From NCBI GenBank assembly GCA_965221775.1, contig CBDCSU010000005.1, positions 1,152,001 through 1,216,000 on the forward strand: a stretch of DNA of 64,000 bases, in the 5' to 3' direction. The notes under the pieces are model-generated. The model ran no database searches and was not told the DNA's origin. It saw nothing but the letters and a program-made list of their open reading frames with translations. Positions 29,075 to 40,699 of this stretch are shown piece after piece. Origin of the DNA: Candidatus Latescibacterota bacterium. GTDB lineage: Bacteria; Latescibacterota; UBA2968; UBA8231. A program made the translations under genes and the position numbers. The first letter of the stretch is position 1; every line of letters begins with the position of its first letter.

Positions 29075-29162
29075 GTGAGGTGACGGCTGTACGCCCGTCC
29101 CACCCAGATCTACGCCGCCGAAGGTCTCTCAGCTCAGACGTCTGGAAGCAGGCGCCACGAGG

Positions 29163-29396
29163 TCAATTCTCCTCACGTGCTTTCCAGACTCTCTGCTTTA
29201 TCCCTAGAAAGGTATGGCTCATGTCATGAGGACCAACGGAGATTGCCTTGCCTGCACCATCCCCGGTCATCTCGAAGACAAATCGGAACTGGCGATTCAG
29301 TCTGACTGAATAGGAGCCAGGATACTGTCCAAGTGGTTCCAGGTTTCGACCGGGCGACAATTCGCCGGTACTGAATTCATCGAAAACCTTGACCAC
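29163..29396 (-). pseudogene. RelE/HigB-like mRNA interferase toxin, apparently N-terminally truncated
   Basis: LEPLGQYPGSYSVRLNRQFRFVF...VGPHD resembles the RelE/HigB core; low-GC DNA; overlaps the upstream ORF by ~100 nt. Confidence 0.55.
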
Positions 29397-29920
29397 TTCT
29401 CTTCCAAGGACTTCAGGAACTCCTGTCCTCCCCTTATCCTTCCCACACTCTCGGCCATTCTCCCGTCATGCATCAGGATGGTCCAACGTAGATCCTGAAA
29501 CAGCGAAACAAGCTCTCTGTAGAGAGAGTCCAATCGATCCAGTTCAAGGAAGACCTCCGAGCCGTATTTCCTCTCTCCCCCCTTCTTCTCCAGAATCCTC
29601 CGGACGCTGTGTAACTCTTCTCTCTCCTTGTGGAAGTATCCCTCGCCGCGTTCCAATGGCGGTACCCCAGTGTCGTCCGGATCCATTTCCTCATCTTCGG
29701 GATACATGTCGATCGCCTCCCTGAACGTCTCTCGGATGTCCGGGATATTGGACAGGTTCGCCGCCCGCAGCCTGAGGCTTCTCGTATACTCCTTCACGAG
29801 CATCTGGTCCTGCCGGTCAGCAATCGACAAGGAGGCGGGTTTCGACATCCAGATCATGGTCCCCGCGACACTCCTCACTGCCTCATTGAATCCAATCATC
29901 GGCTCTTGCTGCGCAAGCAT
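29297..29920 (-). CDS. Hypothetical acidic helical protein (candidate antitoxin) in low-GC patch
   Basis: AGGAG RBS before ATG 29920 (MLAQQEP; alternative start 29983); composition differs from the flanking DNA. Confidence 0.6.
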   Translation of the reverse strand: MLAQQEPMIGFNEAVRSVAGTMIWMSKPASLSIADRQDQMLVKEYTRSLRLRAANLSNIPDIRETFREAIDMYPEDEEMDPDDTGVPPLERGEGYFHKEREELHSVRRILEKKGGERKYGSEVFLELDRLDSLYRELVSLFQDLRWTILMHDGRMAESVGRIRGGQEFLKSLEEKWSRFSMNSVPANCRPVETWNHLDSILAPIQSD

Positions 29921-29985
29921 CTCACTCCTGCTCCTTTTGAGAGAATATACGGCTTTCGACCACCCAAGTCGGGACTTGGCCATCT

Positions 29986-30135
29986 CTACCAGTCGACCAC
30001 CGACCCGTCGTCGGCGTCGTAATCGACGCGGTAGGGGTGGGGCTCCCCCACCTGGAGGTAGTCGGCGACCTCGAGGGGCGCCGGCGCCGCGGCCTTGGGG
30101 CACGGACGTGGAGACCGCTGTCGTCGGACGCCGCA
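29986..30135 (-). pseudogene. Orphan C-terminal gene fragment
   Basis: Reads ...PLEVADYLQVGEPHPYRVDYDADDGSVVDW* with host codon bias but has no start codon. Confidence 0.35.
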
Positions 30136-32844
30136 CTAGCGCGGCGCCAGCCGCTCCAGCAGCTGCAGGCGCAGCGACTCCAGGACGTCGAAGTTGACGA
30201 TCTTGGCGCCCTCGGCGTCGACGATGTAGAACGCGTCGGTGGCGCGGTCGGTGACGGTATTGATGATCGCCATGTGTATGTGGCAGCCCTGCTCGCCGAG
30301 GCAGTGGGTGATGGTGTAGAGCAGGCCCACCTCGTCCTGGGCGTTGACGTCGACCACGGTGTAGCGGTCGGAGACCTGGTTCTCGAAGAGCACCTCCGGA
30401 TCGCGCACCGGCCGGTCGCGGCGGCGGCTCCAGTTGGCGCTGTAGCGGTCGAAGAGCTCCTGCACGGCCAGCTCTCCGGCGATCACCTGTGACAGACGCC
30501 GCTCGAGGCGCTGCTTCTTCCACGGGGGCAGGACCGCCGTGCCGTCCACGTCGGTGACGTGGAAGGTGTCGATGACGACATCGTCGTCGCGGGTCTGCAC
30601 GTCGGCGCGCAGGATGTCGATGTCGTGGACGGCGAGGACGCCGCAGATCTCGGCCAGCAGGTGGCGCTGGTCGGCGGCGCAGACGGCGACCTCCGTGTGG
30701 CCCGGGTGCTCCACGTACTCCAGCAGCACCCGCTCCTGCCCCGAGGCGAGGGCCTCCACGAGGGCCAGGTGGCGCTCGATCTGATCCCGGTCGTAGGCCA
30801 GCAGGTAGCGTTCGGGCAGACTCCCCACGTGGGCCTCGAAGGCGGCCACCTTCCCCGGCGCCCAGCGGCCACGGACCTGCTCCAGGTGGCCCTCGACGAT
30901 CGTCCGCGCCCGGGCCCGCCCCTCCAGGCTCTCCATCCCCGAGGCGAGCTGCTCCATCGTCTTGTGGTAGAGCTCCCACAGCAGGGCCCCCTGCCAGTCG
31001 GTCCAGGCGTCGGCGGCGACGGCCGACAGGTCGGCGTAGGACATCAGGTAGAGGGCGCGCAGCCACTCGGGTTCGGCGAAGCGGCCGGCGAAGTCGGCGA
31101 TCATGCGGTGATCGTCGAGGTCGCGGCGCTTGGAGATGGTGACCATCTCCTGGTGGTTCTCGATGAGGAACAGGACCTGCCTCGTGTCGGCCTCGGACAG
31201 CCCGATGCGCTCGCACAGCTCGGCGCCCATGCGCAGGCCGACGCTGATGTGCTCCTCCCGGCGCGACTTGCCGATGTCGTGGAGGAGCATGCCCAGGAAG
31301 AGCAGCTCCTTGCGCTCGATCCCGGCGGCGGCCTGCACCAGCGACGGCGGTCCCTCGCCGCGCAGGAGTTCCTCGAGCTTCTCCAGGCCCACCAGGGTGT
31401 GCTCGTCCACCGTGTAGAGGTGGTAGATGTCGTACTGCACCAGGCAGGTGAGGTCCCCGAACTCGGGCAGGTAGGCGCCGAGGACGCCGAGCTCGTGCAT
31501 CGCCCTCAGGGTGGCGGCGGTGTTCCGCCGGCGCTCGAGGATGCGCAGGAAGAGGTCGCGGGCCCCGGGATGGCGGCGCACCCCGTCGTCGATCAGGTGG
31601 GTCGACTGGCGCAGGAGGCGGCAGACCGGCTCGGACAGGTACAGGCGCCGGGTCTGGGAGAGGCGGAAGATCGACAGCAGCCGCAGCGGGTCGGCGGCCA
31701 GCCACTCGGCGCCGCCGGGCAGCTCGATCTGGTTGTCCACGGCCACCACCCCCGGCTCCAGCAGCAGCCGCCGGCCCCGGCGGGGCCCAGCGGCGAGGCG
31801 GTCGAAACCGAGACGCGCCGCGTGGAAGGCCTGGCTCGCATGCAGGTAGTAGTCCCGTAAAAAGGCCTCCACGGCCAGCTCGCGGCCGCGGTCGGGGCCG
31901 GTGCGGTCCGGCGTCCCCACGCGCAGCAGGTCCCCCTGCCTCGGCAGCTCGCCGGGGGCGCCGACGGCGCGGTCGAAGTAGCCGAGGCTGCGGGCCACGA
32001 CGGGTTTGATCTCGTTGCCGAGGACGTCGTGCTTGCGGCCCATGGAGAAGTGCAGCTCGTGGCGGATGCGCCACAGGAAGCCGCGCCCCTTGGCCAGGGC
32101 TTCCAGGTCCTGCTCGTCGAGGTAGCGGCCGAGGCCCTCGGCGGCGTCGGCGGTGCGCTCGCGGGCCTTGACGGCCCACTCCAGCAGGTGGATCTCGCGC
32201 AGGCCGCCGGGTGACTCCTTGACGTTGGGCTCCAGCAGCTGCACCGAGCCGGTGTGGGCGCCGCGCTCCAGGTGCAGCCGGCGAAGACGCCCGGCGGTGC
32301 CCTTCGGCAGCCGCGCCAGCAGCCGCTTGCGGAAGTCGGCGAAGAGCCCGGCGTCGCCGGCCAGCAGGCGCGCGTCGAGCATCGCCGTGCACGACTCCAG
32401 GTCGCGGGACATCTGCACGCACTCGGAGAGGGTGCGGCTGCTGTGGCCGATGTCGAAGCCGAGGTCCCACAACGGGTGCAGGACCCCGGCGACGAGCTCC
32501 GCCTTCTTGTCGCGCCTGCGGGCGAAGAGGAAGAGCAGGTCCACGTCGGACCGGGGCGCCATCTCGCCGCGGCCGTAGCCGCCGAGGGCGGCCAGGGCGT
32601 GGCTCACGTCGTGGTGGGGGGCGGCCCCCGCCTCCCAGGCGTCGAGGACGACGGCGTCGGCGGTGGCGGCGATGCCCGCCGCCGTCTCGAGGCCGCCGGC
32701 GCCGGCCTGGTGGGCGCAAGACAGCTCCTCCATGCGCGACTCCCAGAAGCCGAGGCGCGCCTCGGTGGAAGCGCCGCGGTCGCGCAGTTGCCGGCGCAGC
32801 TTGCGCAGCCGTCCGTCCGGGGAGTCGCCTTCGGGAGGGGTCAT
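30136..32844 (-). CDS. glnD: [Protein-PII] uridylyltransferase/uridylyl-removing enzyme
   Basis: ALGGYGRGEMAPRSDVDLL, EPNVKESPGGLREIH, YHLYTVDEH, HDIGK, two C-terminal ACT domains. Confidence 0.95.
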   Translation of the reverse strand: MTPPEGDSPDGRLRKLRRQLRDRGASTEARLGFWESRMEELSCAHQAGAGGLETAAGIAATADAVVLDAWEAGAAPHHDVSHALAALGGYGRGEMAPRSDVDLLFLFARRRDKKAELVAGVLHPLWDLGFDIGHSSRTLSECVQMSRDLESCTAMLDARLLAGDAGLFADFRKRLLARLPKGTAGRLRRLHLERGAHTGSVQLLEPNVKESPGGLREIHLLEWAVKARERTADAAEGLGRYLDEQDLEALAKGRGFLWRIRHELHFSMGRKHDVLGNEIKPVVARSLGYFDRAVGAPGELPRQGDLLRVGTPDRTGPDRGRELAVEAFLRDYYLHASQAFHAARLGFDRLAAGPRRGRRLLLEPGVVAVDNQIELPGGAEWLAADPLRLLSIFRLSQTRRLYLSEPVCRLLRQSTHLIDDGVRRHPGARDLFLRILERRRNTAATLRAMHELGVLGAYLPEFGDLTCLVQYDIYHLYTVDEHTLVGLEKLEELLRGEGPPSLVQAAAGIERKELLFLGMLLHDIGKSRREEHISVGLRMGAELCERIGLSEADTRQVLFLIENHQEMVTISKRRDLDDHRMIADFAGRFAEPEWLRALYLMSYADLSAVAADAWTDWQGALLWELYHKTMEQLASGMESLEGRARARTIVEGHLEQVRGRWAPGKVAAFEAHVGSLPERYLLAYDRDQIERHLALVEALASGQERVLLEYVEHPGHTEVAVCAADQRHLLAEICGVLAVHDIDILRADVQTRDDDVVIDTFHVTDVDGTAVLPPWKKQRLERRLSQVIAGELAVQELFDRYSANWSRRRDRPVRDPEVLFENQVSDRYTVVDVNAQDEVGLLYTITHCLGEQGCHIHMAIINTVTDRATDAFYIVDAEGAKIVNFDVLESLRLQLLERLAPR

Positions 32845-32921
32845 GGCCCGGGCTGGGAGGCTCGCCGGGGCCGCTCAGGGCCGCCCGGCAGCAGAAGTCC
32901 GGAGGCCGGGTCCGCCCGCGC

Positions 32922-35414
<2,493 letters not shown>

Positions 35415-35480
35415 GACTCTCTCCTGGGTCGCTCCGGACGGCCGGAAAGGGCCCTCCGTTGAGCTCGTAAGTAACGGAGA

Positions 35481-35510
35481 AATCTACACTTCTGTGTGGT
35501 CCCGTGTCAA
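35481..35510 (-). promoter_or_regulatory. Sigma70-type promoter for lon
   Basis: Minus strand TTGACA-N18-TAGATT upstream of the lon start. Confidence 0.6.
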
Positions 35511-35555
35511 GGTCGAGGGGGGCCCCCGGCGGCCTCCGGCGCAGCGGTCCGGCGC

Positions 35556-35585
35556 TTGACATCGTTCCCCTGGTCCGGGTATAGT
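35556..35585 (+). promoter_or_regulatory. Sigma70-type promoter for hflX (probably leaderless transcript)
   Basis: TTGACA (35556)-N18-TATAGT (35580-35585); ATG at 35592; no Shine-Dalgarno. Confidence 0.7.
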
Positions 35586-35591
35586 GGCTGC

Positions 35592-36899
35592 ATGAGTCAC
35601 CCCACCGCTCCGCCCCGCGAGTCCGCCCTGCTCGTCGGCCTGGCCCTGCCGGGCATGCCCGCGTGGGAAGTGCGGGAGTCCCTCGACGAGCTCGCCCGCC
35701 TGGCCGACACCGCGACCCTGGCCGTGGCCGACCGGTTGCTGCAGACCAGGCCCCGCGTCGACGCCGCCTACTACATCGGCAAGGGCAAGGCCAACCAGCT
35801 GCGCGAGCTGGCCGAGGGCTGCGGGGCCGACATGATCCTCTTCGACAACGACCTCACCCCCGCCCAGATGCGCAACCTCGAGAAGCTCACCGAGATGCGC
35901 ATCCTCGACCGCAGCGCCATCATCCTCGACATCTTCGCCCGCCACGCGCGCACCCGCACCGCCCACGTGCAGGTCGAGCTGGCGCAGCTGAAGTACCTGC
36001 TGCCGCGCCTGACCCGCGCCTGGACCCACCTGTCGCGCCAGGCCGGGGGCGGCGCCATCCGCGGCATGGGGGCCGCCGGCGGCCGCGGCCCCGGCGAGAC
36101 CCAGCTCGAGGTCGACCGCCGCCTCGTGCGCACCCGCATCGGCTCGCTGCAGAGCGAGCTGAACCGCATCGGCTCGCAGATGGCCAATGCGCGCAAGGGG
36201 CGCGGGGACCTCTTCCGCGTCGCCCTCGTGGGCTACACCAACGCCGGCAAGTCGACCCTCATGCGGGCGCTGTCCGGCGCCGGCGTGCTCGTGCAGGACC
36301 AGCTCTTCGCCACCCTCGACTCCACGACCCGCTCCGTCGACCTCGAGGGCGGACCCCGCATCCTGCTCACCGACACGGTGGGCTTCATCAACCGCCTGCC
36401 CCACCATCTCTTCGCTTCCTTCCGCGCCACCCTCGAGGAGGCCGCCGAGGCCGACCTGCTGCTGCACGTGGTCGACCGCTCGCACCCTCAGTACGCGCAC
36501 CAGATGGGCACCGTCGAAGGCGTCCTCGCCGAGCTCGGAATCGAGGACCGGCCGCTGCTGGTGGTCAAGAACAAGATCGACCGCCTCGATCCCGACGGAG
36601 AAGAAGAGGAGGAACTCACTTGCGCCGGGGAGGACGAGGTCGCCGTCTCCGCCCTCACCGGGGTGGGGCTCGACGACCTGCGCGGCGCGATCCGCGCCCA
36701 CTGCCAGGAGCAGGAAGTCACCCTCGACCTCTGCATCCCCCAGGCCGAGGGCCGGCTGCTGTCGCAGCTGCACGAGCAGGGGGAGGTCCTGGAGCAGTCC
36801 TACGACCCGCGCGAAGTCCACCTGCGGGTGCGCCTCGGCCGCGCCTGGGCCGAGCGCTGGAGCCTGGAGCGCTTCCAGCCCAGCGAGACCGGCCCCTAA
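35592..36899 (+). CDS. hflX: Ribosome-splitting GTPase HflX
   Basis: IGKGK, ILDIFARHA, GPGETQLEVDRR, GYTNAGKSTL, LFATLD, DTVGFI, NKID. Confidence 0.97.
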   Translation: MSHPTAPPRESALLVGLALPGMPAWEVRESLDELARLADTATLAVADRLLQTRPRVDAAYYIGKGKANQLRELAEGCGADMILFDNDLTPAQMRNLEKLTEMRILDRSAIILDIFARHARTRTAHVQVELAQLKYLLPRLTRAWTHLSRQAGGGAIRGMGAAGGRGPGETQLEVDRRLVRTRIGSLQSELNRIGSQMANARKGRGDLFRVALVGYTNAGKSTLMRALSGAGVLVQDQLFATLDSTTRSVDLEGGPRILLTDTVGFINRLPHHLFASFRATLEEAAEADLLLHVVDRSHPQYAHQMGTVEGVLAELGIEDRPLLVVKNKIDRLDPDGEEEEELTCAGEDEVAVSALTGVGLDDLRGAIRAHCQEQEVTLDLCIPQAEGRLLSQLHEQGEVLEQSYDPREVHLRVRLGRAWAERWSLERFQPSETGP

Positions 36900-37498
36900 C
36901 CCTCCAGCTTTCCCTCCTTCACGGAATCGGCGATCAGCCGCCGCGCGAACTCCCAGAGCGCCGGCGAGCCGTCGGCGATGTGCTGGTTGCGGTCCACCAC
37001 CTGGGGCGCGCGCACGCCGTGCCGCCGCCAGCCGGTGACCCCGCGCATGTGGTAGTTGAGCAGCAGCGGCTGCAGCCGGTCGAGGGCGGCCGCGTACCGG
37101 GCCTCGGGCGTCTCGCGGGCCTCGAACTCCTCCCACAGCCGCCGCAGGGAGTCGCCCTGATCGGCGGGCAGCAACCCGAAGATGCGTTCCGCCGCGGCGG
37201 CCTCGCGCTCCTCCTTGCCGACGTTGGCCTCCTCGTCGTAGGCGAAGGTGTCGCCGGCGTCGATCTCCACGAGGTCGTGGATCACGTGCATGGTCAGCAC
37301 CTTGCACAGGTCGACCTCCTCGGCGGCGTGCTCGCGCAGCACCACCGCCATCAGCGCCAGGTGCCAGGAGTGCTCGGCGTCGTTCTCCCAGCGGCTGTCG
37401 TCGGTGAGGCGGGACCGCCGGAAGACCTGCTTGAGGCGGTCCACGGCGACGATGAACTCGATCTGCTGGGGGAGGCGCTCGGGGTCGGGGGGAGGCAT
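36896..37498 (-). CDS. HD-domain hydrolase (HD_3/YfbR-like)
   Basis: ENDAEHSWHLA, IHDLVEIDAGD, LWEEFE, DRLQP. Confidence 0.9.
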   Translation of the reverse strand: MPPPDPERLPQQIEFIVAVDRLKQVFRRSRLTDDSRWENDAEHSWHLALMAVVLREHAAEEVDLCKVLTMHVIHDLVEIDAGDTFAYDEEANVGKEEREAAAAERIFGLLPADQGDSLRRLWEEFEARETPEARYAAALDRLQPLLLNYHMRGVTGWRRHGVRAPQVVDRNQHIADGSPALWEFARRLIADSVKEGKLEG

Positions 37499-37529
37499 GT
37501 CGCTGCGGCTCAGGGGGTGGAGCCCACCG

Positions 37530-38288
37530 TCAATCCTGGGGTTTCCGTTCGTTCAGTCTCCAGCCGTTCAGCCTCTTCACTTTCAGCAGCTTTTCCCGAG
37601 ACACCTCCAGATCGACCTTCAGCTGGCGTTCCAGCTCGGCGTCGCTGAGAGAAAGGGGCACGTCCTTCTGCAGCGAGAATCCGTGCTTCAATACGCACAC
37701 ATGGATGGTCAGTCCCGGTGTGTCGATCTCGTCTCCAAACTCGCCGCGCACCTCACCGATCCCATCCCTGATCACCTCCAGGAAGTTTGGAATGGTCGAG
37801 TTGTCCGTACTCTCCAGGAGATGGAACCAGAGGCCCCATACTGGCTCGCGCAGCAGCTTCTGCACGTCCTTGTAGATCTTCTCCTTGTTCCTCTCCTGAG
37901 CAGACGGACTGATCCCTCCCGCCTTGAACTCGACGTTGCAGCGGCGGTCTTTCGTCTCCAGGTCATATAGAGTGAGGTCCGTCTGAGCTGACTCCTCGTG
38001 TTTGCCGGTGAACTTGTAGCCTTTGTCCGTAGGCGTCTCGACGGAGTACCTGAACCGCCCGGCCGTGCACAAGGCTTCCACGAAAGCGAACCTGGCCCCC
38101 TGCTCACTGACTCGCAGTTTCCCCTTCTCGCCCTTCTTCCCACGGTACCGCGGAAAAAGGAGACGGCATCTGTCCGGGATCTCGGACTGATCTCCGCTCC
38201 GTGCGTACGCCTCCCACAGGAGACGGTCCGTACGCCTGCACTGGCCCGAGATGCCTGCTGGCTGGGTCTTCATGGTTGAATCCTCCAT
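37530..38288 (-). CDS. Putative PD-(D/E)XK-superfamily nuclease
   Basis: AAGGAGG RBS before MEDST; SEQ..R, SVETPT, TDLTLY and VEFKA give an E...D...ExK arrangement; lower GC than the flanks. Confidence 0.6.
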   Translation of the reverse strand: MEDSTMKTQPAGISGQCRRTDRLLWEAYARSGDQSEIPDRCRLLFPRYRGKKGEKGKLRVSEQGARFAFVEALCTAGRFRYSVETPTDKGYKFTGKHEESAQTDLTLYDLETKDRRCNVEFKAGGISPSAQERNKEKIYKDVQKLLREPVWGLWFHLLESTDNSTIPNFLEVIRDGIGEVRGEFGDEIDTPGLTIHVCVLKHGFSLQKDVPLSLSDAELERQLKVDLEVSREKLLKVKRLNGWRLNERKPQD

Positions 38289-38397
38289 TCTCGCCTCCTT
38301 TCGGAGGTCGTGATTGCTGCTGCCCTCCGTGACCATATACGCAATTTCAGCGATTCTCACTACGGATCCTGAAGAAAAACCGCCGCCTGACCCACCC

Positions 38398-39657
38398 TCA
38401 GACCTCCCACCACACCCCGTCCTCCTGCCGGTCCACGTTGTCGAAGAACTCCCCGAAACGCGCGGTCTCGAAGGAGTGGATGGGCACCAGCCGGCGCGGG
38501 GCGAGGGCGGCGGCGAAGCGCTGCAGGTCGGCCACCGAGGCGTGGCCGGAGGTGTGGAGCACCTGCCAGGGAATGCCCTTCTCCTCCAGCCATCCCGTGA
38601 CTCTACGGGTGCTCTCCTCCTTCAGGTAGCCCTCCCACATCGAGTAGGTGAGGGCGGCGCCGTCGAGCACGGACTGAAGGCCGCGGTCGTGCATCATGCC
38701 GGTGCGGAAGAGCATGACGGCCCTGCCTCCCAGTCCGGGCAGGTTCTCCGGGTAGATGCGGTTCGAGTCATGCCGTCCAAGTTCATCGAACATCTTGTTG
38801 GTCTTGACGAGCACCCGTTGGCGCTGAGGGAGATAGAGCTTCACGCCGTCCCAGTGGGACTGGGGGACTCTCTCCCTTCCCGTCGCTTCGAGGACGAGGG
38901 CCGCGTAGAGATCGATGAGCAGGGCGCGGCCCGTCTTCCGGGCGGCGCGGAAGATCGTCACCACGCGGTCGATGTTCTGGGCCGAGGTCCAGACGAGGTG
39001 GAGACCCCGAGTCTCTTCGAAGGCCTGGACGAACTGCTCTTCGAGTTCCGCCTCGGTGACGAATCCCTCGCCCGTGCCCGTGCGGCCGATCGTCGTTCCT
39101 TCCATCAGGAGGACATCGATGCCCCGGGGCGGATGCTGGATCACCGCCTCTATCAGAGACGCCTTGCGGCCGTGGGCGCGGAAGTCGCCGGAGTAGTAGA
39201 CGCGCTTGCCGTCGGCTTCCACGAGGAGGGCGTAGGCGTCGAAGGCGCTGTGATCGACGAGGTGCGGGGTGATGCGGAAGGGCCCGATCTCCACCGGCCT
39301 CCGGTGATGGAGGAAGCGGGGACTCGCGAAGGCGTAGCCCTGCGGGACAAAGGGCCGCGCCGCCGCCAGGATCTTGTGCGCCGCTTCGCCGATATGCACC
39401 GGGATCTCCGGGCGGATGTTCCGCGCCAGACCGTAGTGGTCGGGATGCGAATGGGAGATCACCACGCCCAGCAGGCTGTCGTCCCGCTCCCGGAAGCCGG
39501 AGACCTTGGGGAGCAGGCTTTCGTACACATCCGCATCGGCGGCGTCGGACGCGTCCAGCGGCAGGCCGACGTCGAGAACGACGCGCTTCCCCTGCGCCTC
39601 GATCTCGATGCAGGTGCCGCCGATCTCCTTGGTGCCGCGATGGATGCGAATTCTCAA
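38398..39657 (-). CDS. RNase J-like MBL/beta-CASP metallo-hydrolase
   Basis: TTG start overlapping the upstream stop; IHRG..EIGGTC, SHSHPDHYG, VDHSAFDAY, YSGDFRAHG, HTSGHA, PIHS. Confidence 0.85.
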   Translation of the reverse strand: MRIRIHRGTKEIGGTCIEIEAQGKRVVLDVGLPLDASDAADADVYESLLPKVSGFRERDDSLLGVVISHSHPDHYGLARNIRPEIPVHIGEAAHKILAAARPFVPQGYAFASPRFLHHRRPVEIGPFRITPHLVDHSAFDAYALLVEADGKRVYYSGDFRAHGRKASLIEAVIQHPPRGIDVLLMEGTTIGRTGTGEGFVTEAELEEQFVQAFEETRGLHLVWTSAQNIDRVVTIFRAARKTGRALLIDLYAALVLEATGRERVPQSHWDGVKLYLPQRQRVLVKTNKMFDELGRHDSNRIYPENLPGLGGRAVMLFRTGMMHDRGLQSVLDGAALTYSMWEGYLKEESTRRVTGWLEEKGIPWQVLHTSGHASVADLQRFAAALAPRRLVPIHSFETARFGEFFDNVDRQEDGVWWEV

Positions 39658-40697
39658 GAACTCTCGGTCCCGCTCCCCTCCCCCAGGGCCGCCACAACCC
39701 GCCCCGCCGAGATCGAGCCCACCGTCTCGCCGCTGTCGTCCACCACCGGCGCCTCGCTCGGGGCCGGCGGCGTCAGCAGGGGCAGGGCGTCGCCCAGGGA
39801 CATCTCCGCGGGGATGTGGGGCGGCCCCCGCAGGCCCTCCTTCGCCGGCTCCATGAGGGAGCCCACGCGCAGGACGCGGCCGCGGTTGATGTTGCGGGTG
39901 AACTCGGCGATGTAGTCGTCCACCGGCTCCAGGACGATCTGCTGCGGGTCCCCGTTCTGGACGATCTCGCCGTCGCGCAGGATGGCGATGCGGTCGCCGA
40001 TCTCGATCGCCTCCTCCAGGTCGTGTGTGACGAAGACGATCGTCTTGTGCAGCTCCCGCTGCAGCTCCAGCAGCAGGGCCTGCATGTCGGTGCGGATCAG
40101 CGGGTCGAGGGCGCTGAAGGGCTCGTCCATGAGCAGGATGCCAGCGTCGGTGGCCAGGGCCCGCGCCAGTCCCACGCGCTGCTGCATGCCACCCGACAGC
40201 CGCGCCGGGTACGAGTCCTCGTAGCCCGTCAGGCCGACGCGCTCGATCCACCCGCCGGCGCGGTCCGTCCACTCGGCGCGCGGCACCCCCTGCATGCTCA
40301 GGCCGTAGGCGACGTTCTCCAGCACCGTCTTGTGAGGCAGCAGGGCGAAGCGCTGGAAGACCATGCTGACCTCGTGCCGGCGGAAGTGCTGCAACTCCAG
40401 CCGGTCGAGGGCGAGCACGTCCTGGCCGCCCACGAGGACCTCGCCCTCGGTGGGCTCGATGAGGCGGTTGATGTGGCGGATGAGGGTCGACTTGCCGGAG
40501 CCGCTGAGGCCCATGACGACCTGCACCGTGTGCTCCTCGATGGCCAGGTCGACGTGGCGCAGTCCGAGGATGTGGTCGTAGCCGGAGAGCAGCTCCTCCT
40601 TGCCCACCCCCTCGCGGACCCGGTCCATGGCCGCCTCCGGATCGGGGCCGAAGACCTTGTAGAGGCCGCGGATCTCGATGTCGCCGGGACGCGCCAT
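39654..40697 (-). CDS. proV: Glycine betaine/proline-type ABC transporter ATP-binding subunit
   Basis: LYKVFG, GLSGSGKST, LSGGMQQRVGLARAL, MDEPFSALDPLIR. Confidence 0.9.
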   Translation of the reverse strand: MARPGDIEIRGLYKVFGPDPEAAMDRVREGVGKEELLSGYDHILGLRHVDLAIEEHTVQVVMGLSGSGKSTLIRHINRLIEPTEGEVLVGGQDVLALDRLELQHFRRHEVSMVFQRFALLPHKTVLENVAYGLSMQGVPRAEWTDRAGGWIERVGLTGYEDSYPARLSGGMQQRVGLARALATDAGILLMDEPFSALDPLIRTDMQALLLELQRELHKTIVFVTHDLEEAIEIGDRIAILRDGEIVQNGDPQQIVLEPVDDYIAEFTRNINRGRVLRVGSLMEPAKEGLRGPPHIPAEMSLGDALPLLTPPAPSEAPVVDDSGETVGSISAGRVVAALGEGSGTESS

Positions 40698-40699
40698 GG

